From Octopus vulgaris (lineage: Eukaryota): 64,000 nt of DNA. Shown here in pieces: positions 40,866-55,846 of the stretch. Within the stretch, counting starts at the first letter, position 1; each line of letters starts with the position of its first letter. A model generated the notes under the pieces. It was not told the origin of the DNA. It did no database searches and saw nothing but the letters and a program-made list of their open reading frames with translations. Both the position numbers and the translations under genes were made by a program. The DNA is taken from positions 109,864,001 to 109,928,000 of the forward strand of contig OX597816.1 in the NCBI GenBank assembly GCA_951406725.2. Reading direction: 5' to 3'.

Positions 40866-43800
40866 TGACAAAATGTTTCAATAATGTATTATCCGTTCTT
40901 ATGCTTGTATGTGTGTGCGAATATATCCAAATATATGTGTATGTATGTACTTACAAACATACGCACGCACGCACACACACACACACACATGCACGCAGGT
41001 ATGTGGAGCAGAAAAAGGAGGAGGAGAATAAGATGATGAAGAATGAGGAGTACACGATGAGAGAAGTTGTAACGTTTTCTACAAGAATTGAGTATAGTGT
41101 CTGATGTCTGTGGTAAATCTTAAATCTGTACTAACCAATGCAGGCAAGATTGACCAACCTCCTTAGCTGGCATTCTTCCCATCACAAGTTTCTGAATACA
41201 TAAAATGCATACAAGGTGTCTTTGAAATGTATATCTCAAAATTAACGGTATTTCGTAAAAGTAGCGTGACATAGAGCAAGCTTTAGCAATACAGGAATGA
41301 AGCAAAATACTTAGAGCATAACAATATCCTTTCAGTAGAAAGACTTTTCGTGACTAAGCACAATTTTAGAAAATGTAAAATTTACCATGCAAAATTTGGG
41401 GAAAATATTAGTCGTAAAATGTTTATGAAGAAAGTCTTAGATTCTATTCAATTACGTATTAAGCTGACATAGATTTTGATGTCATGAAGTATGTATTTAA
41501 TTTTCATAGATTTATAAACGTTGTGTTGGTTCAGATATATTGGGTTATACTGTAGAACATTATATCATCAGAGACGAACGCTGTTAACGCTTTCATATTT
41601 TATTAATCAAAGTAGCGTTCAACAATGCATCAAATCGGTGTATCTCATTTAATCACCCAATAAATATTAGTGGCTATAAATAAAGTATGAACGATAAAGT
41701 TTAGCTGATGATGAAATTTTAATAAAGATGTAAACTCAGTCATAAGATCTGTAAATTTACGACAAGTCTGAGACAATATATAAAGGCAGTAGCATGTAAG
41801 TGTCAAGCTAGATAAATTTAATAACATCACATACACAGTGTTGGCTGAAAGCTATATGTTATTCTACAGTGCATTACATCTAAAAACTTACCCTAGAAAA
41901 TTGTACAAGTTAATAGAGTTGAACACAGTTTATGTCGATTGTTCTAGCCCCTTGAAATACGTAATCTTATGACGTTGTAGAAACACATTCGATATAGAAT
42001 GTTCAATATATTCAATAAAATGTATCCTGAAATTATACCGGATAAACGAAGTTCATTCTGAGCATAGAGCGGCAGGTAAACACATATCAAAATTATAGCT
42101 GAGGGAAAAATATATTCAGGCTATCAGAAAACTAACGCAATACAAAACAAAGAACCTGGTTAAATATTACACGAGATAACACTAAATTAAATTTGTATAA
42201 AAAATACTTAAGATTAAAATTTCCTTAAACCTGCATGCTACGTAAACAGTCTAGGCTTATTATTTACAATCCAGAATCCAAGAAGAAAGCCGTTAATTTG
42301 TTGAACGTAATTGCAGCATTTGAATTACAAATACCATTCCATACGTCTGCAGCAACACAAGAAAAGTTACAACACTTTAAAACAATCGGAACAATAAATA
42401 ATTAATAAAAAAAACATCATTTGATTAAAAAATGAACAATCGTATCTAGAAAAACCAAACTCCAAAAATAGCAGTAAATTACAATGGAAGTTCTATTATT
42501 ACAACCATGTAACACAAACACGATGCACATATATTGCTTGAAATTAACAAATTAATAGAAGACACTGAGGCCAAAATATTTCCTGATCGTCGAAATAAAT
42601 CAGACGCCAGTAATTGGAAATCTAAAGTTTGGCCGTAAACAATGAGAACCAACAAACAACTACAAAATGTTGTAGCATTATTCTCATGATTGTCGCATAC
42701 AATAGAAATATCAATAACAAATATCCGTTGGTCAAAATATTTCGTTCAGTAGATAAGGCTCGGAGACGTCCCTCGAAAATTTATTGCGTTTAACAAAATA
42801 TCAAATATTATTTTTAAAATATGAAAAGATCAAATCAAAGAAGCAAAAATAGAGTATTATTTGTTTGCGAGGAAATAACACGTACATATACATACATGCA
42901 CCCATACAATCACAAACACATACACACACATTCAAATATACTTACATATATATATATATATATATACAAATAATACATACATTTATACATGCATACATAC
43001 ATATATACATACATACATACATACATACATACATAAAGCAAAACATAGAAATCTGCACATATACATATATATGTACATACAAAAATATCATGTTGAAAGT
43101 CCAATGAAGGAGCCTTGCATCTCTGTTAGAAACCGAATATTTCTCTATCGGCAAGAAATCTTGAAATAAAACTGAATAATTACACACTCATACAACAGAC
43201 ACACACACACGCACACACACACATACACACACACACATATATATATATAATACATACATATACATGCATGCTTACATACATACATTCATACATTCATACA
43301 TACATTCATACATATATGCATAATTACATACATATAAATCCTTTTGTTTTGGACTCGTTTATTTGTGGTCAGGTGATATAAGAGATATACGAGGGTTCCT
43401 CTATATATGCAGAGTTGATAAACGTGTAAGCATGTATACGTTTTAATTCATGCAAGCTGTATGACACTGTGACTTTATTGGCTTGATTGTAATTTATTTG
43501 TGATATGATTATGCACATGCGCGTTCCGCCCGAGTTTGTCACCTGTCTGCATTCGTGTCTGTGGATTTTAATTGTAATTTCAAAGGTTCAGTGTGAAAAT
43601 GTCATAGCTGTGTTACAGGTAGTGTATGTTTGTACGTATATGTTCCACAGGTGTGTATATGTATATATGCTTTTGTATATCTCTGACGTCTATATGAGTG
43701 TGCCATTTAGATATATGTATGTGTTTAGCACTGTTTACGGTGTGTGTGTATATGAATGTATATGACATGTCTATATTGTTTTTGCAATTGTTTATTATTC

Positions 43801-45088
43801 TAAATGTTTCAGTATTGTCTGTCTTGATGACTCTTGTGTGTCGGAATGGATGTAGTATGTATGATTATACGCATGTATCTATTCTGTTTGCATATACTAT
43901 GTACGTATATAAGTATGACAACATTAGTTTTTACTTAAGTTGAAAATGAAAAGTCGTGATCCGTTCAGCAGGAATAAACTAAGCACGAATTGTGTAAACA
44001 TCCGCCGCGAAAGTGATGTAAAACAGGACACCTTTCGCCGAGACGAATTTCTTAAAGGTTTTGAGTAAAATTGTTGCAAATTATCCAAATTATAGTGAAA
44101 AACAGAGGGTGCAATTAATCTGAAGATAAGATCACTGATGATGTATTTATGGAGATGAAATCTTAGTTCGTCTGATGGTATGGCAGCGGAAGGAAAATGG
44201 TTGTAGTAGAAGCAAGAATAAATGCCAAATTTAGATTAAGCAAAATTGTTAGTGTGTGCACTTCAGATATATACGTTACTGAATTTCAGCCGTATAATGT
44301 ACATGTTATAGGAAGCAGAGTAAGGTGAAGTTTCTAAGCAGCCAAATTTTACGATGAAATTTTGTAAAAAGAGTATGCAGTCATTATGAAGGAATGATAA
44401 GAAAAATAGACTTGGGTTTTAATGTGACTAAAAGTCAGGGAGGATTAAGTGAAAGTGGAATGTAGGGAAAATTTGGAGACTATAATTGTTGTAAAAAAGA
44501 CATGAAAAGTAAAGTTGTGGGAGATGAGGAGATAGGGCTGTTATGGCTATTGGATTTGTAGATTTTGGAGAGGAAATGTATAACGGAGTGTGCATGATGT
44601 GAAGAATAAAGTTGGTTTCTGCGGATGCATGCGAGAAGAGGAATCGACTGGCAGTAGTAGACATGAGTGTATGTTTATGGTATGTTATGGTACTATATAA
44701 AAGCCAGGACAACATGTAAATTATGTAAGATAATATCAAGGTCTCTATTCCTAGAATAAAGCCTAACGAATTGTTTCTTCCTTCACATCATTCATTGCAC
44801 TTAGTTTCAAGGAAAAGAGAGAAAGAAGTGGTGAGATCAGATTTCAAAGACACGATAACTTACGGAAGACTGGACAAAAAGCCAATATATGTGCGGATAC
44901 GCTTGTCATTAGAGAACTGTGTGATATATGCTTAGTACGTGGTATTAAAACATTGGAGATAATATTCTGTGAAGTAGAGATATATTATATTACAGATTTT
45001 TGCATTGCCGTGAAAAACAATCATAGTGTTAGTATATATTTCCCTTAAGCTTCCAACATAGATGAATATATGCATTTCATCCTTCCAA

Positions 45089-45314
45089 GGCGGCGAGCTG
45101 GCAGAAACGTTAGCGCGCCGGGCGAAATGCTTAGCGGTATTTCGTCTGTCGTTACGTTCTGAGTTCAAATTCCGCCAAGGTCGACTTTGCCTTTCATCCT
45201 TTCGGGATTGATAAAGTACCAGTTTCGCACTTGGGGCGATGTAATCGACTTAATCCATTTGTCTGTCGTTGTTTGTCCTCGCTATGTTGAGCCCCTTGTG
45301 GGTAGTAAAGAAAT
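45089..45314 (+). mobile_element. tRNA-derived SINE (family A), best-preserved copy, with probable 22-bp TSD
   Basis: GGCGGCGAGCTGGCAGAAACGTTAGCGCGCCGGGCGAAATGCTTAGCGG...GAGTTCAAATTCCGCC with A- and B-box-like motifs; flanks ATATATGCATTTCATCCTTCCA (45066-45087) and ATATATGGAGTTCGTCCTTCCA (45315-45336) match at 19/22. Confidence 0.92.
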
Positions 45315-46563
45315 ATATATGGAGTTCGTCCTTCCACACAAGACTATAATTTATAGTGTTTGATCCCGTAAATCGATGCGAAGTGATGGTACCATTGTAT
45401 CGATAAAAACCTTTCGTTACACCGACTTGTTGTGCTCAGCCCAATCGATATGCATCTGGGACGTGTGCCTTTTGCAAGTGGCCTGTATTAATTAATTTCT
45501 TATCAGTGAATCTGGAGAAAGGAAACACAATAGTAACCCGTTGTATATATACGTATAAGCAACTGGCGTAAAACAGGCCCATTTGACCGACTAAACTCCA
45601 CAATACATTACCCAAACATACATGCCATCTAATAACAGAAACGAATATAAAACCAACAAAATAACAGATTATGTTTTTAATGATCACAAATTTAATAATA
45701 ACATTTTCCCCATTAGTTGTTAAGATAACCATGGCTTGAAATCTATTTATCATTATAACAAAACAATCTGTTTTTGCTATATTTCTCTATTATATGCAAT
45801 TCAAGCTCAAAAATATCCTACGGTAGTGATTGTCAGTTTAGATTTTAAAACGGAAAACTTAAACCGTTTGGTTTTCTATTGTAGAACACTAAATAACTGG
45901 GTTTATACCAGCATATTTAAAATTAGTATGTTACAGGCACATTTATTTTAGTTAGAAAGCAAGGAATGTTCATATGTAAATTTGTGAGATATATAATATG
46001 CGAGAATTTCAACTCAAATAAAAACGGAATATTCTTGATATACTAGGATATCTGTATCTAGTATATTTTATTCAATCGCAAAGTCGAACTGTAGGAACAA
46101 TACGAACTATTGCTAATGATTCGACTAGCGAAACTCTTGATTGGTATTCTATTGTATTATCGATGAGTCTAACATTCTTGAAGATAGAACACGCATACAC
46201 ACACGCAGTTAGTTGCAAATACACACCAACAGCTATCAATCATTCAGGCACACCTACATCTGAACATGTGAAATTATTAATGCAGATGTTGCTGCCATTT
46301 AATTCGATAAAATAATAAATGTGTGAAGTAATGTGTGAATGTATGTGTTAAAATACTGGCCCATTTTACGGAAACATTTTACATCTAAAATTATCAGTTT
46401 TATTGAAGGCGGCATTACTTTTGTTTTGACCAACTAAATGAATTCTATATTTCACACTTACAAACAGACGCATTCACAGGCGCACAAAACACACATACAC
46501 AGGGACTTATGCAAGTATGTATGCGTATATGTGTGAATATACATACATTCACACACACACACT

Positions 46564-46597
<34 letters not shown>

Positions 46598-46698
46598 CAT
46601 ATATACTCACATATATATATATATATACATATATGTATATATAAAAATGTCTATATTCATACATACACATACATATATGTATATATTCTTATATTCTA

Positions 46699-46739
<41 letters not shown>

Positions 46740-46892
46740 CTGCATGTCTGTCTGTCGATTTATCTGAAATTGTAGCTATTTAGATAGCCAAATGTAATGT
46801 CTGTGTGCAATAATTTACCTTTTACAAATATAATTTTCCTTTTATCAAATCTAACGATTAATATTACTTTCATTTGCTTACAAACCATTGTA

Positions 46893-46957
<65 letters not shown>

Positions 46958-47018
46958 GTGTGTTTGTGTGTATATATATATATATGTATATATGTATACC
47001 TATATACATATATATGTA

Positions 47019-47562
47019 TATATACTACATATTTTGAAAATTCTGTGTTTGTGGAGTTGTTAGCTAACTCTTCCTGCATCGTTTTGTCGATTTTGATGAA
47101 ACTTGACACGTGAGTAGAATTCTTCTCTGGAAACATTGTAGCACACTCAGATTGTTGAAAACATCGATAATAGGGCTCCTGGAAGGGGTCTATATATATA
47201 TATAGCCAAGGGAAATAATCCATTCATGCTCCTAAATTATTTGATAAAAATGAAATTGAATATGCTTATTTCTTAGTATTTGAAATACTATAGTTATTTT
47301 CGCAATTTATCCAGTACAAACTCTGAACAAGTAAATAGATTTTTCAAACGAATAGATTCACTTATTCCGATAAGTGACTAATTCACGAACATATCAACGC
47401 TAGCGCCCTTAAGAGTAATGTTCACTGGGAACGCACAACGGTCCTTTTCAGAGTCATTTACTTAGTCTTGTTGTTATTCGATCGGATTAGCGAAAGAATT
47501 ATGAGTATGGAACCAAAGTTATAAGCCCCGCTTTCCCGAGAATTACCGGGCACGTCAGCTAG
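47019..47562 (+). mobile_element. Non-autonomous Helitron
   Basis: 3' hairpin CCCG-agaattac-CGGG, 8 nt upstream of a terminal CTAG followed by T (47559-47563); internal GTCGATTTTGATGAAACTTGACAC core; 5' end blurred in the TA tract. Confidence 0.65.
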
Positions 47563-47650
47563 TACATATATATATATATACATACATACATGCACACACA
47601 CTCACATATATATACATATATATACTCATAATTCTTTCGCTAATAATATA

Positions 47651-47948
<298 letters not shown>

Positions 47949-48035
47949 TCTTCTTCTTCTTTTTGTTGTTGTTGTTGTTGTTGTTGTTGTTCTTCTTCTT
48001 CTTCTTCTTCTTCTTCTTCTTCTTCTTCTTCTTCT

Positions 48036-48108
<73 letters not shown>

Positions 48109-48233
48109 ACATTTACAAAACATTTTAAGGAGCTAGTGGGTGCAAAAATGAATCAAGCCTTGTAACTAATGTATTGTGTAAAATATCACTTGAATTATAT
48201 AGTTAATAATATACATATATACAATACAAGATA

Positions 48234-48311
<78 letters not shown>

Positions 48312-48313
<2 letters not shown>

Positions 48314-48499
48314 CGTTCTTGGATTTGGTTTACACGATTCTTTATGTGAGTTCGAGTGCTGAAGTATATTATGTTGTGTCTAGGGAGAGTCATTTTTTCT
48401 AGTGCCTTATTATTTAACACACTCACCGGTAAATTTTCCACTCATTTACTTATTTATTTTTATTAAAATTTTCGTTGCGTCTTGCAACCATTTCAGTAG
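48312..48499 (-). mobile_element. Short repeat next to (TA)n with decayed hammerhead motif at 48461-48499
   Basis: Minus strand CUA-CUGAAAUG-GUUGC-aagac-GCAAC-GAAA-AUUUUA: perfect 5-bp stem II, GAAA and palindromic AAAAUUUU; core positions 8-9 and stem I are degenerate. Confidence 0.55.
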
Positions 48500-48918
48500 T
48501 CGTTCTATCTGTCCTTTATCCGGTATGTATGTATGTATGTATGTATGTATGTATGTATGTATGTATGTATGTATGTATGTATGTATATATGTATACATAC
48601 GTATATGTGTGTATGCATGTATGTATGTGTGTGTGCGTATGTATATACGTATGTACTTGTGTACGTTTGTATGTATTCTACATATTCATGTGTTTCTGTT
48701 TGTGTGTGTGTGTTCCGCTGTCTACTTCTGTGTGCAATCTATTATATATTAAAAATATCAGTATATGGAAACTATAAAAGCTTACAGCACAGAATTAGAC
48801 ATTCCCTCAAATTATAATATATAATGTGTACTATATATTAATTTGTCATCAGCTACATTGTATATAGCATTTATTTAGTCGTGAGTGTTAACATAATCGC
48901 TGAACAAGTATAAATATG

Positions 48919-49055
48919 CATTATTTACATTTGACGGATATTTGTCGGTATATCAGCCAAAACGTTGTGTTAACAACAAACAAGATGAGGACAAATATCA
49001 GTCAAATGTAAATAATGTAAATAATGTACATAATTCCTCATATCTTATATATAGA
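48919..49055. mobile_element. Fold-back repeat carrying the 3' half of a hammerhead (same family as 62580-62730)
   Basis: Arms CATTATTTACATTTGACGGATATTTGTC / GACAAATATCAGTCAAATGTAAATAATG enclose GGTATATCAGCCAAAACGTTGTGT, homologous to 62610-62633. Confidence 0.7.
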
Positions 49056-49898
49056 GAAAGTAAAAATATCTCACATACCTTCTTCGAATCCCAAGTGATC
49101 ATATTACAAAAGTAAGGAAACATTACACTATAAAACAAATACGGTATTCCTTGTTTATTTTCATCATAATTCTGGTTGATGCATTTTCGCCAGGGCCTCA
49201 AAATTGAAATGAAATAATGCATGGCATGTGTTGAGATTCTACAACAATCACCTGGAAAAATACATAAATTGCAAATATGCAATCAACCAGTGTTGCGAGA
49301 AAAACTCATATCTTAAACTTTCTACAACAAACCATCATGAACAATTTTAGTTCAAAAATACAAGTTGTATTTTTGAGTGGAAAAGAGAAACGATAAAGAA
49401 ATAAATCAGATTTTGATTATCTAGTATTTAACAGATTTAAGAAGATAAAACTATGTGCAACCCATTTAGTTTCATTCTCAGCTACTTTCATACCTTAGTA
49501 TGTTTTTATTTGTTAGAGAGAGGTTTTGGCTGCTATTTTAGCAGATCCAATAACGATAGAAATACTATCCATACGGTGAGCGTTCCCTTAGAATGGGAAG
49601 GAATAAATGAATTTGGTCCGTAAAGCATTGCAACTAAATACAAACTAACTAGAAAGGAATGGTAGACCGACATCAATAGTAAGACTTACAAACTCAAACT
49701 CGTATCCTACACAAAATAACGGTGATGTTTGTATAATTAAAAATGTTGAAGTTGACACAGAGAACTGGGTGCAGCGCCAAGATGAGGACAAATATCCATC
49801 ATGTGTAAATAATGTAAATAATTCCTTATCTCATACATATAGAGAAAGTAAAAATATCTCAAATATCTTCTTCGAATCCCAAGTGATCATATTACAAA
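48981..49898 (+). repeat. Local direct duplication of ~120 bp (48981-49109 and 49778-49898)
   Basis: Shared CAAGATGAGGACAAATATC...ATATAGAGAAAGTAAAAATATCTCA...CTTCTTCGAATCCCAAGTGATCATATTACAAA. Confidence 0.9.
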
Positions 49899-50700
49899 TT
49901 TATAATTTATTTAAATGAGGAAGTTGCGGTGTTGATTGCGGATTTGCAGGATACAACCGCTGATATCACGAGCATTACTGATATCAAGACTAAAATCACT
50001 GCTTTTACTGACGTTCCTTTGGACAAAATGCCAGTTTTATTTAACAAAACGCCTACGTCCTCAGTAGATATTTGTTCGCGGAATCTATAAAATAGAAAAA
50101 AGAATCAGAGGGATCAAAAACATCCTTTCGATTGGCGATTCCCAATATTTGAAATATTAGAAGAATACAACAGGACGGAATACGTCTGTTTTAGAGAAGG
50201 AGCATTTTAGAGAAGAGTACACATTGTAGTGTGCTTCGAAAGGTCAAGTAGAACTCTCAATGCTGAAAAAATTTGAAGGATCTGTCGCTTATTGGAGCAA
50301 GTTGAATGGCATAAAGTGGACAGCGTAATGGAAGGAAATTCTTAGGCACTACCACAACCTTAATCTGAAGCGACATTAAATGCGTTCTCTCATGCAGTCT
50401 ATATAAGTAACGTAGTTAAACTGGAACGATAGAATGGGCTACCGCGTTTTAGAGAATACTGTTGAAAATTGAAGTTTATATTCTCAAAACATACATCATA
50501 TTCACGTATCTATCATACGGAAAAGATTAGCAGCCTCTGGTGGATGTTTCAAACTATAAAATGAAAGTTTTGCTTTGCAGTTTTGAAAGCACTTGCTGAA
50601 AAGTGATGTTAATATCGGTGTGCATCTATGCCTCTATCTTTTTGCACGACTCTCTGCCTGCCTACGTATGTATCTAATAGTCTAATCACTACCTGTGTAG

Positions 50701-50794
<94 letters not shown>

Positions 50795-50939
50795 GTGTGT
50801 GTGTGTGTGTGTGAGTGTGTGAGGGTAAGTCTAAAAATAATGCAATTTGTTAATTATGCAAAAATTAAGCAACACGATAAAACCAATCGTACAGCCAATA
50901 TTGCTATACATTACCAGTTCATATCTCCAATTCTCAACA

Positions 50940-51895
50940 TAGTTACACCTTTCTCAATGATAGCATTTCACGTACGAATGAGGGCATATTTTCCACCTTT
51001 GTAAAACATAGCAGGTTGTTGACATAGCCAATTCCTTTCAACAATTTTCACTACTTCATCACCATCACAATATTTACCTCTCAGTGACCTTTTTCATTCA
51101 ACCAAAGAAATGGAAGTCTGAATGCGATGAGTCACGCATATAAGAAGAATGCAACAAAATTGTCCACCCGAAGAAGCTGCTTGCCTTCCCTGATGTTTGC
51201 TCTAAATCTTTTAAAATACTCAGTGTATGATTCAGAGTTGACCGTTTTTTTCTCTTGCCGAAAAGAATAAGACCGTCAGTATATTAAAAGAGAGTTGCCA
51301 TAATTTTCCCAGTTGACTTTTCTGCCATGAATATTTTGTGTTTGGACCCGTCGAATGACACTCTTTCATAGTTTGTCTTTTTTGAGTCTGGTCCATACTG
51401 CTGAATCCAAGTTCCATCACAATTTATGAGTCTTTGGAAGAAGACTTTGTCTCTTTCATTAAGTCATTGCAACAGATTAATACTTTCCGTTCTCACATCA
51501 TCTATCAGTTGTTTTGATACCAAGTAGATTCGCACTTTTGTATATCCAAGTGACTCAATTATGTCGTGAGCACTATCATGGCTTACCCCAAGCTCTGATG
51601 CCATCTCATCATATTATTATGCACCTATCAACTCATTAATTAAAGCGTCCGCAGTTTCCTTGTTGGCTGGGTTTACACAAATTGATGGGTGGCCACTACG
51701 AAGCATGTTTGCTAAACTTTAATTTCCCAATTTTTGGTCTCTTCAATTCAGATTCACACATTTCCGTAGATTAAACATTTATGTTTCTAAGTATTTTTTC
51801 AGTCTTTTGTGAATGTTTACAGGAGTTTCTTCTCCGGCAACAAGGAACTCAGCTATTGAATTTTGTTTGTCATGGACTTCCTACAGGGCAGCCAT
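50940..51895 (-). mobile_element. Decayed mariner transposon
   Basis: Minus strand: KQNSIAEFLVAGEETPVNIHKRL (N-terminal HTH), GHPSI, decayed DGTWIQQYGPDSKRQTMKE and SDFHFFG*MK/SLRGKYCDGDEVV; many frameshifts. Confidence 0.8.
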
Positions 51896-52134
51896 TTATA
51901 TATCAGCTTATTTATTCATATTTCTGAAAATAGAATAAATAACTAAAGTTGAAGAGGAGGATGCCCTTCTTATGATAAATGTATGCTATACATTTTCATT
52001 CAACCGTGTATATGAATAAAAAACACACACACTCAAGCAGATACACGCAGATCCACATACTCAAATAAACACACAAACACAAACACAAGCACATACACAC
52101 AAACATATACATACACCACTGTAACAAATTATCG

Positions 52135-52345
52135 ACTAGATGGTCAGATGCTATTGCACACGGCTGGTCACAATGTGCTTCCAATTCTGTATTGATTGCG
52201 CCATTTTTTCCAACTTGGCCGCAATCGCTTATCTGAATCTTTCTCTTGCAAGTGGCCTTTTCTGAACTCTTGGCTGACTGTGAGCATTGCGACATGTCTG
52301 GTACAGCAAAAGTCTGCTGTCAGTATTTTGCGACCACATTAGAAC
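52135..52345 (-). pseudogene. Possible LINE APE-endonuclease C-terminal relic
   Basis: KNGAINTELEAHCDQPCAIASDHLV contains the terminal SDH motif of APE endonucleases; otherwise weak. Confidence 0.3.
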
Positions 52346-52403
52346 TGTTCCTTTCTTAAATGATCTCATTTCGAATATATATTGTATATTTCATTCTCTC
52401 TCC

Positions 52404-52511
<108 letters not shown>

Positions 52512-55500
52512 CATATATACATACATACATACATACATACATATATGCATAAAGACACGCACACACTGATTGGTTTATTTCCTCTCGATTAGATTTTAAA
52601 TAATTTGTCTGGAAATAAGCGAATACCTATGTTGTTTTTATTAATTGGTGATGATTGTGTTGAAACATAGAGTATCCAAACAGGAGCATACACACAAATT
52701 TGTGAAATGGACATCTTGAGAGAAGGAGGTCACTGGTAATATATTAAATATAAAGCCAATTAGCCAACACATTTTGTTCATGACCAAACTAAAAATATCA
52801 TTTGAATTAATTTTGAAAACATTTGTTATCTACGGATGACTTATTTCTTTGGTAATTGGCAGATAATAATTTCTCATTCACATATAGGTGGTCTGAATTA
52901 TACTTCTCTACATTATTATTGTTTAACGCCACAAACTATCAATATTCATGCTTACATACACATTCAAATACACATCCCTAACTAATAAATTCCTTTGCTA
53001 GCAAAATATAGAGACTTCTTAATCGCACGGATGACTGCGAGAAATAGCCGCCAAACTTCTCTCAACTGATAAACTGAGCATCCTTAATGTTATGTATAAC
53101 TGGATAAACAATGCTTAAATAAAAGAAGAGATGATCGTCATTGAGATATTGTACTTATAAATGTCTCCTCAGGTCTTCCTTCTAGCTAAACACTAGATTG
53201 TTAGTATCACATCGCGAATAAAATTATTTAACTCCACCGTAGATTACTTTTCATTGATATTATATTTCTAGTTTAACTGCATTACACCTTAAGTTTAAAT
53301 ATAATGAACACATATCAAATGAAAACCATTTTAAAATCATTTTTCTGTTTATATAATATATTATGCTGCCTTGTAATATTATATTTGAAAATAATTGCGA
53401 TGGCAGGGGATGCCATTTATCGTAAGGTAGCCGTTTTAAAATGACCTTCTTCTTATCTAGAAATAGATCAAACTGTAAAAAGTGTAACTATGTACATCAT
53501 TGATCATTTTGCGAAAAAATGAATACGAAATCTTTCTTAGATCCCATCCCTCGCCTTAAATAGGGAATCTATTAATAATATATAATGAAATTCAAAATGT
53601 ATCTTTAAAACAGCAGTGGTATATCTGCTGTTGGTATTCACTCCAACTTTTGAGGTGGAGTTAAATGATTCTGTACAGAAAGCGACACGTGATTCTCTTA
53701 TATTCTTTTTTTGTGGTTTCTTTCAAGAGAATCTGGCTATGTTTGATTGTCAATTTAAGCATATAGCCTATTATTTATAGCAATGCCGCTTTTCAAACGT
53801 TCTCATTCTATCAGCCTCTCGGGGATGAAATAAGATTTTCAGGACGATGTGCTTTGAACTTAGAATGTAAATGCACGTAACCAAATAAGCAATCGATTTT
53901 GGTATACTCCGCTTTTAGCATCAATAAAAAAACCAAACAACAATGAATATAAAATAAAATTGACAATGACAAGCTGATGTTTTAGACTTGCCAAATTTTC
54001 ACAAATTATTATTGAGTTATTCCTATGTAGTAAGTTTCCTCAAGTAGTGATGACAAGCTGTTCAACGAAAACATATTTATCTGGGTACAATACATTTATT
54101 AGCTGCCATACATCTGAATGCCATGACTATATCCTCTAAGTATTTAACAGAACAACGACATTGATAAATAACAAAGCAATAATAGGAACATCGACTCTAG
54201 CAAGTCTATAAAGCCAACACATCAATCTAGTGTCACAAAACCTATAATAATATATCGTAAAGGTCAAGTCACTTATACACGATTATACTACAGTCTGCTT
54301 CACTAGCAACACACGCGCGCATACAAATGCTAACATACACGTATGTTCACTGATAAATACAAAACATCGAAATATTCACATTCATAAACTCTCTTTAAAA
54401 ACCATTCCTGTTAATTTCTAGAACTTACTATTAGACGAATTGATTATTTCCTGAAGAACATTCTCTCCAAACCATAATTATTGAATTTTAGTCTCCTTGT
54501 GCAGCACTGATGCACAAATTCTCTCACTCATTGCCAAATAAAATTTTCCAGTTGAGTGAAGAATATCTAAAAATATTTTCCTATTGTCTGAAGCAAATCA
54601 CTCTTTTGAAAGTTGAAATATTGTAAAAGAGCTGAGTGGAAAATATACACTGTTAGCAGCGCTTATATATGTGTTCAAATTCTGTCTTGCTTAAGGGTGC
54701 TTCTTCAGATATTATAAAGGAAGGATGGTAGGAAGTCAGAATTATTATTGTTAGATAGCCCTGATCAAGGATTAAGTTTCAGTTTTATGTTACCGCATTT
54801 AAATATATCAAATACTGTATTTCTCAATGTGCACTTTCTTTTAATGTCTTCATTGTGTTATCAAAGGAATTGAGCTCCTATTTTAGCACGTTTACTAACT
54901 TCATACATAATTTAATCATTGGCTGCAACAATATGCAATACATGTAATCTTATATCAGGAAACCGAATCTAATGTCATATACTGTGTTCCTGCTCTATAA
55001 ATACAGTGTTCATACTTTTATTGTTATTATCATGGTATTTACTTATCGTGAATCAATTTCCATATTATTTGACTAAATATCACAAAATCTTATTCACAAC
55101 TAATTATTATCGATACTCTATGCTAATGAGACACTATGTTGTTTTACTGAGATCATCTCACTGCATATGAAATATTTTAGATCTTACATTGCTTTAAAGT
55201 TCTAATTTTAGATATAAGGAAATATATTGATACAGTGTGTAAGTATATTTGCTGGTAACAAGGCAATACACTATTTAAAGCAACAATGCTTGATGTCAAA
55301 ATATGGGATACGATGCCCATGTTTTGAATGCACTACTTTCAAATAAACATGGTATTTTCATTGAGAAATTTGCTTAAAGGCAACATAGGTGCACACAAAT
55401 CATTATTCGTAGTAACACATTGCGAAAGTAAGTCAACAGTGCCCCAGCTGAATAATGATAGACGTGAAGAAATCATTGATGCCAATGTGAGTTGATGCTT

Positions 55501-55846
55501 GTAAATGATTATCATCTAACAATCTAATATTTGTCGCTCGGATATCAGATGCTAGCGGCGTTGTTTTATATCGTTTGAGGCTGGTGACGTTGAGTTAACT
55601 TTAAGTTGAATATCTGGTCAGAAATATTTCAAGAGAATGTACGAAGCTAAACGAAGTGGAAGCCTAGGTATTGGTGTTAAACTGGGTGACTGCTTTTGTC
55701 TAACAGCTAAAAGCTGCGAAAATTCTTCGACAGTCTTCATTCAGTCACTTTCATGGAACTTTACTCATCAAGTCAGTCAATACCTGATTCAATATAATAT
55801 TACTATTTCAGCCTCTCTGTAAGGAAATATTTCAAACATTTCGCTA

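Noticed and set aside
44120-44170. CTGAAGA / CTGATGA followed by GAAA
   Set aside because: Intervening sequence does not form stem II and there is no stem I.
44340-44740. Purine-skewed segment that might be an old LINE 3' end on the minus strand
   Set aside because: No diagnostic motif could be read with confidence.
45089-45178. Possible tRNA gene (A/B boxes)
   Set aside because: It continues into a SINE body found in several copies and has a TSD, so it is a SINE head.
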